A DNA stretch of 64,000 nucleotides from an uncultured Prolixibacteraceae bacterium (GTDB taxonomy: Bacteria > Bacteroidota > Bacteroidia > Bacteroidales > FEN-979): contig CAZTSX010000002.1 in assembly GCA_964616825.1 (NCBI GenBank), forward strand, positions 149,054 to 213,053, in the 5' to 3' direction. The position numbers were made by a program, and so were the translations under genes. The notes below the pieces were generated by a model. The model was given only the letters and a program-made list of their open reading frames with translations. It was not told the origin of the DNA and did no database searches. Numbering within the stretch: position 1 is the stretch's first letter; each line of letters opens with the position of its first letter. Positions 29,115-36,639 of the stretch are shown piece by piece.

Positions 29115-29253
29115 ATTTGGATTTAAAACGAAATGATGTATCTTTGAAAAAGAGAAAAGTACACTTTAGCATTTAACTAAAAAGTATCCGAATTTGTTTG
29201 AACCGAAACAGAGTGACCCATTGGAAAACTTCTACGATCAATTTATCGTATAC

Positions 29254-30072
29254 TTATGGTTTTATTGCTTCGATCATCGCTGAAACGACATAATCCTCAA
29301 TATGCGTCCCGGGCGACCACGCCTCGATAAATTCTTTGCTCTTCTCATTTGGCTTGATCTCGATATTGACAAAGCCGGCATTCTCAAGCATCTTTCTATT
29401 CTCTTCTGCGGTAGAAGCTCCGGATACACAACTGGCATAGAGAGCTACGTCGTTTTTGATTTTTTCGGGCAGTTCATCGATCGCAATTACATCTGATACG
29501 GCAATCCTGCCGCCCGGTTTAAGTACTCGGAAGGTGTCGTTGAACACCTGTTGCTTTTCAGGCGACAGGTTGATGACACAATTGGAGATCATTACATCCA
29601 CACTCTTATCTGCCAATGGGAGGTGTTCAATCTCTCCCAGCCTGAATTCCACATTGGTGTAGTTGCCTTTCTCAGCATTGGCTCTTGCTTTTGAGATCAT
29701 GGTTGGCGTCATATCCACGCCGATCACCTTACCGGTCTCTCCAACCTGGTTGGCGGCCAGGAATACATCAAATCCGGCTCCACTGCCAAGATCCAACACG
29801 GTTTCGCCATTTTTCAAGGCGGCAATAGCCTGCGGATTTCCGCAACCAAGACCCATATTTGATCCTTCCGGTACATTCTTTAGCTCTTCAGCTGAGTATC
29901 CCAATGCTGAAGATACGTTATCATATTCCCGGGATGTGGTGTCACCGGGTGCGCAACATGCTGCCTCAAATTCCGGCCCACAGCCACATCCGGCCCATGG
30001 TGTTCCCTCTTCGGCTATCTTGCTGTAATTATCCCGTACAGCATCTCTGATCTTACTTGATTTTGTATTCAT
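29254..30072 (-). CDS. arsM: Arsenite S-adenosylmethionine methyltransferase
   Basis: Cys-rich N-terminus (GCGCGPEFEAACCAPG), SAM motif VLDLGSGAGFD, and conserved ISNCVINL and ASCVSGA cysteines. Confidence 0.88.
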   Translation of the reverse strand: MNTKSSKIRDAVRDNYSKIAEEGTPWAGCGCGPEFEAACCAPGDTTSREYDNVSSALGYSAEELKNVPEGSNMGLGCGNPQAIAALKNGETVLDLGSGAGFDVFLAANQVGETGKVIGVDMTPTMISKARANAEKGNYTNVEFRLGEIEHLPLADKSVDVMISNCVINLSPEKQQVFNDTFRVLKPGGRIAVSDVIAIDELPEKIKNDVALYASCVSGASTAEENRKMLENAGFVNIEIKPNEKSKEFIEAWSPGTHIEDYVVSAMIEAIKP

Positions 30073-30140
30073 TAGTTAAAGAATTAGGTGGTTTATACGC
30101 CCTATTGACGGACTCAACCGGGTTTGGGTACAACATTTTT

Positions 30141-30695
30141 TCAACATGCGGAACGACTGTTCGGATTAGTCTTATAATCCAGCACTTTACCGTATTTATC
30201 CACATTGAAAATACAACATCTTTCCAGCGATTCTTTTAACAACTGCCTGCCCCGGTGTACCCGGATCTTTGCATTATTATAGGTCAATCCCTCTTGTTCA
30301 GCAAATTCCTTGATCGACAATCCCTCAATTTCTGTTAACTGGATGGCATCCTGGTATTTTTCAGGCAGGCAAAAGATAAACTCTCCCAACCAACCTTGAG
30401 CACTTTCCAATGCTTCATTGTCTTCCGGTTCCTCTAAACTCTCAGGAGGATTTTCGGGCAATGCACCCACTGGTTTGGATTTACGGTAATGTTCGGCTAT
30501 CGTATTCCGGGCAATCTGATAAACCCAGCTTTCAATCTTTGACGTATCCTTTACCCTGGTCAAATTCAGCTGGATTTTAATGAATACCTCCTGGAGAATG
30601 TCATCGGCAAGGTCGGCACTCTTCACTTTGCTTTTGATAAATCCCAGCAAACGGTCGTTCAGCTGATTCCATATTTCCGTGGTTTTGTCTTTCAT
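30141..30695 (-). CDS. ECF sigma-70 factor (SigZ-like) with a Cys-containing C-terminal tail
   Basis: Region 2 (DILQEVFIKI...WVYQIARNTIAEHYR), region 4 (LSIKEFAEQEGLTYNNAKIRVHRGR), and a 27-aa tail RCCIFNVDKYGKVLDYKTNPNSRSAC. Confidence 0.85.
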   Translation of the reverse strand: MKDKTTEIWNQLNDRLLGFIKSKVKSADLADDILQEVFIKIQLNLTRVKDTSKIESWVYQIARNTIAEHYRKSKPVGALPENPPESLEEPEDNEALESAQGWLGEFIFCLPEKYQDAIQLTEIEGLSIKEFAEQEGLTYNNAKIRVHRGRQLLKESLERCCIFNVDKYGKVLDYKTNPNSRSAC

Positions 30696-30872
30696 CCTGA
30701 TAGTTGAATTTCTTTGTGAAGGTAACTTTTCAATGTCTCTTTATTCATGGCGGTATTTTTTTTCCGAAGTTACGGGTTTTCGATTAATCTGATTTACTTA
30801 TCTTCGAAGTATGAATCACAAGGATTATGTTCCCCGCTCCTTGGAGCGATTAATTTTATTGATAATTAAACT

Positions 30873-31814
30873 ATGAAAAGACAAATCCAAACAATCAGAT
30901 GCAGTCACAAAGTTATTCTGGCAGCAACCCTCCTGATCGCATGCATTATTTGCATCTCTTGTGCTAAAAAGTTTATGGTCATAACTGAACCGGCAACCCT
31001 GCCTCCTCCCCGTGTGCTTGAGAAGCCGCCCAGGGTCGCGTTAGTTCTTGGGGGCGGCGCGTTTCATGGCATGACTCATGTAGGAGTGGTCAAGGTTCTG
31101 GAAGACGAGGGTATTCCTATAGATTTAATTGTTGGAACCAGTGCCGGGAGTATGGCAGGCGCTTTGTATGCCGACTACCCGCACATAGATTCACTGATCC
31201 CATTGGTTTTAAATACGACTACGAAGGATGTATTCGACTTCTCTCTTTTCAGGTCCAGAATGGGTTTTGTGTCCGGCAAACGACTTCAGGCATATTTATC
31301 CGAGCACCTGCATCACGTTAATATTGAAGAGATGGAAATTCCTTTCGTCGCGGTTACAACCGACCTCTTACATGCCAAAACCGTCGCGCTTGCTGCTGGT
31401 CCGATTGCTGCCTCTGTCAATTCTTCCTGTGCAATTCCTTACATTTTCGAGCCGGTAAAGATGTATGGGACAATCTTTGTCGACGGGGGAACACTGGATA
31501 ATGTAGCAACAGATATCGCTAAAGCATATAATCCGCAGGTGATTATTGCGGTTGACATCATGGCTGATTTCAATACGGTCCCGAAACTGAATAACAAAGA
31601 AGATGTACGAACCTTAGCCGGATTTGCTGCCAGCCGTGTATTGAAAGAGATGAGAAAACCATTGGCAGATATATGGATCGCGCCCGACCTTGCGGGAATG
31701 TCCTTAATGAGCAGCAAGGATAATGAAAAGTTGTTTAAGGCGGGCATTGAAGCAGCGAAGAAAGCCATGCCGGAAATCAGGGAACTGTTGATACGTAAAG
31801 GAATCCTGAAATAA
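30873..31814 (+). CDS. Patatin-like phospholipase lipoprotein
   Basis: Oxyanion motif GGGAFHG, nucleophile elbow GTSAG, catalytic DGG, and an N-terminal lipobox (ICISC). Confidence 0.9.
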   Translation: MKRQIQTIRCSHKVILAATLLIACIICISCAKKFMVITEPATLPPPRVLEKPPRVALVLGGGAFHGMTHVGVVKVLEDEGIPIDLIVGTSAGSMAGALYADYPHIDSLIPLVLNTTTKDVFDFSLFRSRMGFVSGKRLQAYLSEHLHHVNIEEMEIPFVAVTTDLLHAKTVALAAGPIAASVNSSCAIPYIFEPVKMYGTIFVDGGTLDNVATDIAKAYNPQVIIAVDIMADFNTVPKLNNKEDVRTLAGFAASRVLKEMRKPLADIWIAPDLAGMSLMSSKDNEKLFKAGIEAAKKAMPEIRELLIRKGILK

Positions 31815-31868
31815 AGGCAGTAATTTGGCAAATCACAACATACCCAACTGATAAGCAACAAAAAAAGA

Positions 31869-31891
31869 CCTCAGATTTCTGAGGATCTTTT
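31869..31891 (+). terminator. Weak hairpin terminator after the patatin gene
   Basis: CCTCAG-ATTT-CTGAGG followed by ATCTTTTC. It is preceded by an A-run, so it may act in both directions. Confidence 0.45.
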
Positions 31892-31895
31892 CAAA

Positions 31896-31914
31896 TTGTA
31901 GCGGGGGCTGGATT
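31896..31914. repeat. 19-bp duplicate of the tRNA-fMet 3' end (att-like)
   Basis: TTGTAGCGGGGGCTGGATT is identical to 33093-33111, which runs from the T-loop to the 3' end of the tRNA. The flanking bases differ. Confidence 0.85.
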
Positions 31915-31954
31915 ACTGGCGTGATCCATGATTGGAGGGCTTAGCAACAAAGCC
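31910..31954. repeat. 45-bp direct repeat R1 (partner at 32935-32979)
   Basis: GGATTACTGGCGTGATCCATGATTGGAGGGCTTAGCAACAAAGCC matches R2 at 43 of 45 positions. Weaker similarity continues for about 40 bp. Confidence 0.85.
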
Positions 31955-31998
31955 TTTGTTCACCCTGCCCTTTTTCTTACTCTATTCCTTACTACGTT

Positions 31999-32223
31999 TT
32001 ACTGCTTCACAAACTTCCCCGCCAGCACCCTATTCTCCCCAACAACTTTTACCACATATACCCCTCTTGGCAGAGTGCTGACATCTATGGTGGTGGTTTG
32101 TTCGGTGATTTCTTGGTGTAGGAGTTCCTGACCACTGAGGTTCAGTATAGATATGTGACCTGTTTTTGGTGTTTCTAAAGTTATTTTATCACTCAAATAT
32201 TTCAAAACATGAAATATGTAATG
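31999..32223 (-). pseudogene. Orphan T9SS C-terminal sorting-domain fragment
   Basis: ...ISILNLSGQELLHQEI...LPRGVYVVKVVGENRVLAGKFVKQ* is the last ~65 aa of a T9SS sorting domain. No upstream body is present, and the frame closes at 32224. Confidence 0.6.
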
Positions 32224-32249
32224 TCACCAATTCAGATAACCTAAAAAAG

Positions 32250-32264
32250 TGTAACTTTGTTACA
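32250..32264 (+). promoter_or_regulatory. Palindrome TGTAAC-TTT-GTTACA overlapping a TAACTTTG -7 box and the mntA start codon
   Basis: Perfect 6-bp arms. TAnnTTTG lies at 32252-32259, only 5 nt before the ATG at 32264. Confidence 0.4.
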
Positions 32265-32551
32265 TGCGTAAAAAGATCAATGAAATAAAAGAATCAATTA
32301 AACCAATTCTGTCCAAATATGGTATTCGTAATGCCTTTATTGTAGGTTCGGTTGCTAGAGGTGAAGATACTATTCAGAGTGATATTGATATTGTTGTTGA
32401 GATTAATCAACCTCTTAGTTTATTGACATTTGCCAGGATTAAAATTGAACTTGAAGAAATTTTAAATAAGAAAGTCGATCTCATAGAAAGGTCCGCAATC
32501 AAACCGAGGTTAAAAAAGTATTTATTGGAAAATGAAATATTAATAAACTGA
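32264..32551 (+). CDS. mntA: Nucleotidyltransferase (MNT) antitoxin
   Basis: GSVARGEDTIQSDIDIVV matches the minimal nucleotidyltransferase motif. The protein is 95 aa and lies 5 nt upstream of the HEPN gene. Confidence 0.85.
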   Translation: MRKKINEIKESIKPILSKYGIRNAFIVGSVARGEDTIQSDIDIVVEINQPLSLLTFARIKIELEEILNKKVDLIERSAIKPRLKKYLLENEILIN

Positions 32552-32556
32552 TTTTA

Positions 32557-32901
32557 ATGAAACGGGACTTTATTATTTACCTTGCGGACATCCTTGAATC
32601 GGCTGAATTGATTGAGGGATATACAAAAGACGTTTCTGAAGATGAATTTTATAAATCATCAGAAAAACAAGATGCTGTTCTTCGTCGTATCCAAATCATA
32701 GGAGAAGCTGCTAAGAAAATTCCAGAGGAATATAGAAAGATATGGTCTGATATACCGTGGAAAGAAATAGCAGGCATGCGGGATATTATTGTTCATGAAT
32801 ATTTTGGCATCACTATGATAATGGTTTGGAAAGTGGCAGTCGAAGATATTCCTTCTATAAAACTTCAAATAAGAAATATTCTGGATTCTCTTAATACCTG
32901 A
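32557..32901 (+). CDS. hepT: HEPN/DUF86 toxin
   Basis: Rx4HxY motif (RDIIVHEY), 114 aa, paired with the MNT gene. Confidence 0.85.
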   Translation: MKRDFIIYLADILESAELIEGYTKDVSEDEFYKSSEKQDAVLRRIQIIGEAAKKIPEEYRKIWSDIPWKEIAGMRDIIVHEYFGITMIMVWKVAVEDIPSIKLQIRNILDSLNT

Positions 32902-32934
32902 ATACCCACCCGCCCCGCTCACCCAAGCTAGGCA

Positions 32935-32979
32935 GGATTACTGGCGTGATCCATGATTGGAGGGCTTACCAACAAATCC
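32935..32979. repeat. 45-bp direct repeat R2
   Basis: Matches R1 at 43 of 45 positions. It is preceded by a degenerate att-like string, AGCTAGGCAGGATT. Confidence 0.85.
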
Positions 32980-33053
32980 CTGGGCTCACTTCGTTCGCTC
33001 GGTCTTTTTCTTTCTCAACCTTAGCTATGCAAACAAGTTTGCAGCTTCGGCTG

Positions 33054-33089
33054 AAAAAGAAAAATCCCTGACGCTTTTGCTCCAGGGAT
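33054..33089 (-). terminator. Terminator downstream of tRNA-fMet
   Basis: On the minus strand, ATCCCTG...CAGGGAT forms a 7-bp stem followed by TTTTCTTTTTC. Confidence 0.6.
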
Positions 33090-33095
33090 TCGTTG

Positions 33096-33167
<72 letters not shown>

Positions 33168-33180
33168 ATATATTTTTAAG

Positions 33181-33188
33181 TACTTTTG
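33181..33188 (+). promoter_or_regulatory. Candidate -7 box TACTTTTG for era
   Basis: TAnnTTTG match, 63 nt upstream of the era ATG. Confidence 0.3.
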
Positions 33189-33205
33189 ATGTCTAAAAAG
33201 GGCTG

Positions 33206-33213
33206 CAAATATA
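33206..33213 (-). promoter_or_regulatory. Candidate -7 box TATATTTG for tRNA-fMet
   Basis: TAnnTTTG on the minus strand, about 40 nt upstream of the tRNA 5' end. Confidence 0.3.
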
Positions 33214-33250
33214 CGAAATATTACCAAATCCTGCAAATTACCTGCCATAT

Positions 33251-34171
33251 ATGACCCACAAAGCTGGCTTCGTTTCGATTATCGGATACCCCAATGTAGG
33301 GAAATCAACTCTGATGAATGCACTGGTCGGCGAACGTCTGTCGATCATCACTCCCAAAGCACAAACCACCCGTCACCGGATCATGGGAATCCTCAGCGGT
33401 GATGATTTTCAGATAGTCTATTCAGATACCCCCGGCATCATCAAACCTCATTACCTGCTGCACCGCTCCATGATGGCCGCCGTGCTCTCCTCCCTCTCCG
33501 ATGCTGATGCGATTCTACTGGTCACTGAGATTGATACACCGTTTGACAACGAGCAGATCCTCAGAAAACTCAAGGAACACGAAACGCCAATAATCGTAGT
33601 CATTAATAAAGTCGATCTTTCGTCGGAGATGGTGGTGAAACAGGCCATGGAGAAGTGGCAGGCCCGGTTCCCCGATAGTGATGTCATCCCGGTCTCTGCA
33701 CTTCATAAATTCAACCTGGGAAGACTCCTGGATCTGATCATTGACAAACTGCCCGATAATCCGGAATACTATCCAAAAGATGAACTCTCCGACCGTTCCG
33801 AACGCTTCTTCGTCTCAGAGATCATCCGTGAGAAGATCTTTTTACTTTTCGGCGAGGAGATCCCATACTCCTGTGAAGTCATTATTGATGCCTTCAAAGA
33901 AGATGAGAATATCACCCGGATTGAAGCCACCATCTACGTCTCCCGTGAATCTCAGAAAGCGATCATCCTGGGCAAGCAGGGCAAAGCGATCAAAAAACTG
34001 GGCATGGCAGCACGGAAAGAGATCGAAGCTTTCCTTGACCAGCATATTTTTCTGGGGTTGACCGTGAAAGTAGAGAAAAACTGGCGCGAAAATGAACGCC
34101 TTTTGAAGCGATTCGGATACATGACTGATAAAGAAGACCAGAGAGAAGATACGGATTCGAACTTTAACTAA
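33251..34171 (+). CDS. era: GTPase Era
   Basis: G1 GYPNVGKST, G3 DTPG, G4 NKVD, and a C-terminal KH domain. There is a short acidic C-terminal extension. Confidence 0.95.
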   Translation: MTHKAGFVSIIGYPNVGKSTLMNALVGERLSIITPKAQTTRHRIMGILSGDDFQIVYSDTPGIIKPHYLLHRSMMAAVLSSLSDADAILLVTEIDTPFDNEQILRKLKEHETPIIVVINKVDLSSEMVVKQAMEKWQARFPDSDVIPVSALHKFNLGRLLDLIIDKLPDNPEYYPKDELSDRSERFFVSEIIREKIFLLFGEEIPYSCEVIIDAFKEDENITRIEATIYVSRESQKAIILGKQGKAIKKLGMAARKEIEAFLDQHIFLGLTVKVEKNWRENERLLKRFGYMTDKEDQREDTDSNFN

Positions 34172-34398
34172 AAATATAATTTCTTATTTCCTGCAAAAAA
34201 GCCTGGATTTCCCAGTCTGATTTTGCAATTTTTACTAATTCTCTCTCCTCCCGTACCGGGATTTTGGATTTTTTGCAAATAATTTTCAGTGTGTCGTGAA
34301 AACCAATTTTGATTCCCCTAGTTCTGGAAGTAATATTGTGTTGAAAATAAATGACATCACAACACAAATGACTATTAACACAAAAAAAGGAGGTTTCT

Positions 34399-35178
34399 AT
34401 GAAAAATTTACTTTGTTTCTTCGTAGCTTTTTTAAGCTGCATATCAGTTGCCATAGGACAACGGTATCAGGAAAAAACCGGTATCCGACCCGAAAAAAGC
34501 AGGGATCATCTTACAAATCCTATGCATGCGAATTTTACCAATAAGGATAATCTACCTGGGCATCCTGAAAGAATGAATCTGTTTAATCCCAAATCATTAA
34601 CATGGAACTGGGATACCATTATCACATACGACACACTGGGATTATACCGAAGGCTTATACGAATATTTGATATCAATGGCAATGTGTTGATTGAATTAAC
34701 TGAAACCTGGCAAAACAATGCCTGGGTCAATGGTGTGCGATCTACTTATACTTACGATGCAAACGGTAACTCTATCACCGGGAAATATGAGGTGTGGCAA
34801 TCCGGAAACTGGGAACCTGGATCGGGGACCCTGTCTATTTATTCTCAACAGCAACACATAGATGAGGTTTACGCGCATCGATACGAAGCAAGTTTTACCT
34901 CTTTCATCAGCGGTATCACCCATATTAGCCCCACTACCGGAACCCTTTCTGTTTTTCCAAATCCGGCCAATGAAAAGATCACCATTGAACTATCCGAACC
35001 ATCAATGAATACGATCAGTTCTGTTTGTATTTATGGAATGGATGGACGGGAACTGATCCGGCAGCAGATGAAAGGCTCCGGATTGGAAATCAACGTCAGC
35101 TCTCTTCCGGTTGGAATATACTGTATCAGGGTGAGCAATAGCAATGCGAACTGGTTCGGGAGATTTATAAAGAATTAA
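34399..35178 (+). CDS. Small T9SS-sorted secreted protein
   Basis: Signal peptide and a C-terminal sorting domain (LSVFPNPANEKITIEL...GIYCIRVSN). An AGGAGG sits 5 nt upstream of the ATG, which is unusual here. Confidence 0.8.
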   Translation: MKNLLCFFVAFLSCISVAIGQRYQEKTGIRPEKSRDHLTNPMHANFTNKDNLPGHPERMNLFNPKSLTWNWDTIITYDTLGLYRRLIRIFDINGNVLIELTETWQNNAWVNGVRSTYTYDANGNSITGKYEVWQSGNWEPGSGTLSIYSQQQHIDEVYAHRYEASFTSFISGITHISPTTGTLSVFPNPANEKITIELSEPSMNTISSVCIYGMDGRELIRQQMKGSGLEINVSSLPVGIYCIRVSNSNANWFGRFIKN

Positions 35179-35201
35179 GGACAAGAATATATATAATAAA
35201 T

Positions 35202-36068
35202 TTGATTGAAACCATGGAAAAACCAAGAATCATGAAAACGTTAAATTTTTTTTCAAGGAAGAACCTCCTGGTAATCTTTATATTTTTAATTTTTTGTCCG
35301 GGGAATTTGTTATCCCAGCAAATTATCAAATTTAAAAGTGGGAATGAATACAAGGTGAACATTGTAAGCCAAACACCGGACACGATTAAATACCATATGA
35401 GCTCTGAGCCATTGGTTATAAGAATAGCATTGATGGAACAGGTAGACAGTATAACCACAGATCCATTTTGGCTACCATCCAACAAAATAAGAAAGCCTTC
35501 GTCAATACCTCAGGCCCTTTCCAGGCTTAAAATTGCCCAGAGAGTAAACACTTCAGGAATTGTGCTTGGGTGTATCAACCAAGTCACCCTTATTGCAAAT
35601 GGAGGCCACTTGAAATATGACAAAGTTGACAAGCCAGGCAAAATCATGCTTGCGGTCACTGGAATTACTACTGAAATGGCCAGATTGGTGATGTCACCTG
35701 TGCCACCGATTCTATTACATAAAGCTGAACAGTCTGTAATGTATTTACAGCAGATTCCGGGAAATGAGGAAAAATTTCAACAGTCCCTGAAAAATATCCG
35801 AACGGCCAAATACCTTACTGCGGCTGTACCTGTATTGGGAATTACTGCCACGGTGCTCATGTTTGTTGGATATGGGCACTACACTCCTGAGAAGAAGAAC
35901 GGTTGCTTTACTGCAGCTTGGGTGTTAATGGGAGCAAGTCTGACTACCTCAATCGTTGCAACATTCTATATATCAAAAGCAAAAAAGATTCTGTTGGATG
36001 AATCAGGTTCCATTAGCCTTGGGATGAACCAGGATGGTGTAGGGATAAGATTTAAGATTAACCAATAA
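35202..36068 (+). CDS. Hypothetical membrane protein
   Basis: N-terminal signal or TM segment and C-terminal TM helices. It is A+T-rich. The start is ambiguous (35202, 35214 or 35232). Confidence 0.55.
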   Translation: MIETMEKPRIMKTLNFFSRKNLLVIFIFLIFCPGNLLSQQIIKFKSGNEYKVNIVSQTPDTIKYHMSSEPLVIRIALMEQVDSITTDPFWLPSNKIRKPSSIPQALSRLKIAQRVNTSGIVLGCINQVTLIANGGHLKYDKVDKPGKIMLAVTGITTEMARLVMSPVPPILLHKAEQSVMYLQQIPGNEEKFQQSLKNIRTAKYLTAAVPVLGITATVLMFVGYGHYTPEKKNGCFTAAWVLMGASLTTSIVATFYISKAKKILLDESGSISLGMNQDGVGIRFKINQ

Positions 36069-36116
36069 CATTTATACAATTAACATGAGTTTTGTGTTTA
36101 GATAAAACCAGGAATC

Positions 36117-36467
36117 ATGAAAAAGCTCTACATCTTATTGATTGCACTGATTGCATTCGGTTGTTCAAAAAAAGAAAATCCAGAAGTTCCAGAAAATCCA
36201 GAATTTATAATTTCAGGATGGACAAGATTAAATTCGGGGACAACCGAGAGGTTAAATTCCATTTACTTTACCGATGCAAATACAGGTTATGCCGCTGGCG
36301 GACTTACTGGAGGTTATCCAACAATTTTGTCGAGTAGAATATTACTTAAAACTTCAAATGGCGGGGAAAGCTGGAATCAACTTCTTTTAGATGGAAATAA
36401 CCAATTTTATTCAATTTTCTTTACAAGTACAGATACAGGTTATGCGATTGGCGGTTTTTCATCGTGA
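36117..36467 (+). CDS. Ycf48/BNR-like beta-propeller lipoprotein, apparently 3'-truncated (116 aa)
   Basis: Lipobox LIAFGC and two propeller-blade-like repeats (NSIYFTDANTGYAAGG and YSIFFTSTDTGYAIGG). It stops after the second blade, whereas family members normally have about 6-7 blades. Confidence 0.55.
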   Translation: MKKLYILLIALIAFGCSKKENPEVPENPEFIISGWTRLNSGTTERLNSIYFTDANTGYAAGGLTGGYPTILSSRILLKTSNGGESWNQLLLDGNNQFYSIFFTSTDTGYAIGGFSS

Positions 36468-36639
36468 AACTTCTGAAGATTCATCGGAGTCCTTCTTTGC
36501 CAACCACTCAATATCCTCCACCCCTACTGCCTTTTTTTGTACTTTCGTAATCGCAATTCGTCACCCGAAATGCGAAGCATTCATGAACACCAATTAATAA
36601 ATGAATGATTTCGTGAATAGTTATTCGTAATTTTTGCTA

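Noticed and set aside
28945-29172. 75-aa minus-strand ORF over the transposase remnant.
   Set aside because: It is antisense to a recognisable transposase C-terminal reading frame and has no features of its own.
31928-32131. 67-aa plus-strand ORF in the tRNA islet.
   Set aside because: It is antisense to the T9SS sorting-domain fragment, which has the recognisable sequence, and it is hydrophobic low-complexity nonsense.
34164-34454. 96-aa minus-strand ORF spanning the era - T9SS gene spacer.
   Set aside because: It overlaps the start of the plus-strand gene that has a signal peptide and an SD. It has no motifs and sits in an A+T-rich region prone to spurious ORFs.
36481-36560. Minus-strand peptide ...AVGVEDIEWLAKK... 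resembling the DIEWLAGKI segment of Dtd.
   Set aside because: The match is very short, there is no start codon, and the frame is closed by a stop about 30 codons upstream. It is most likely coincidence.
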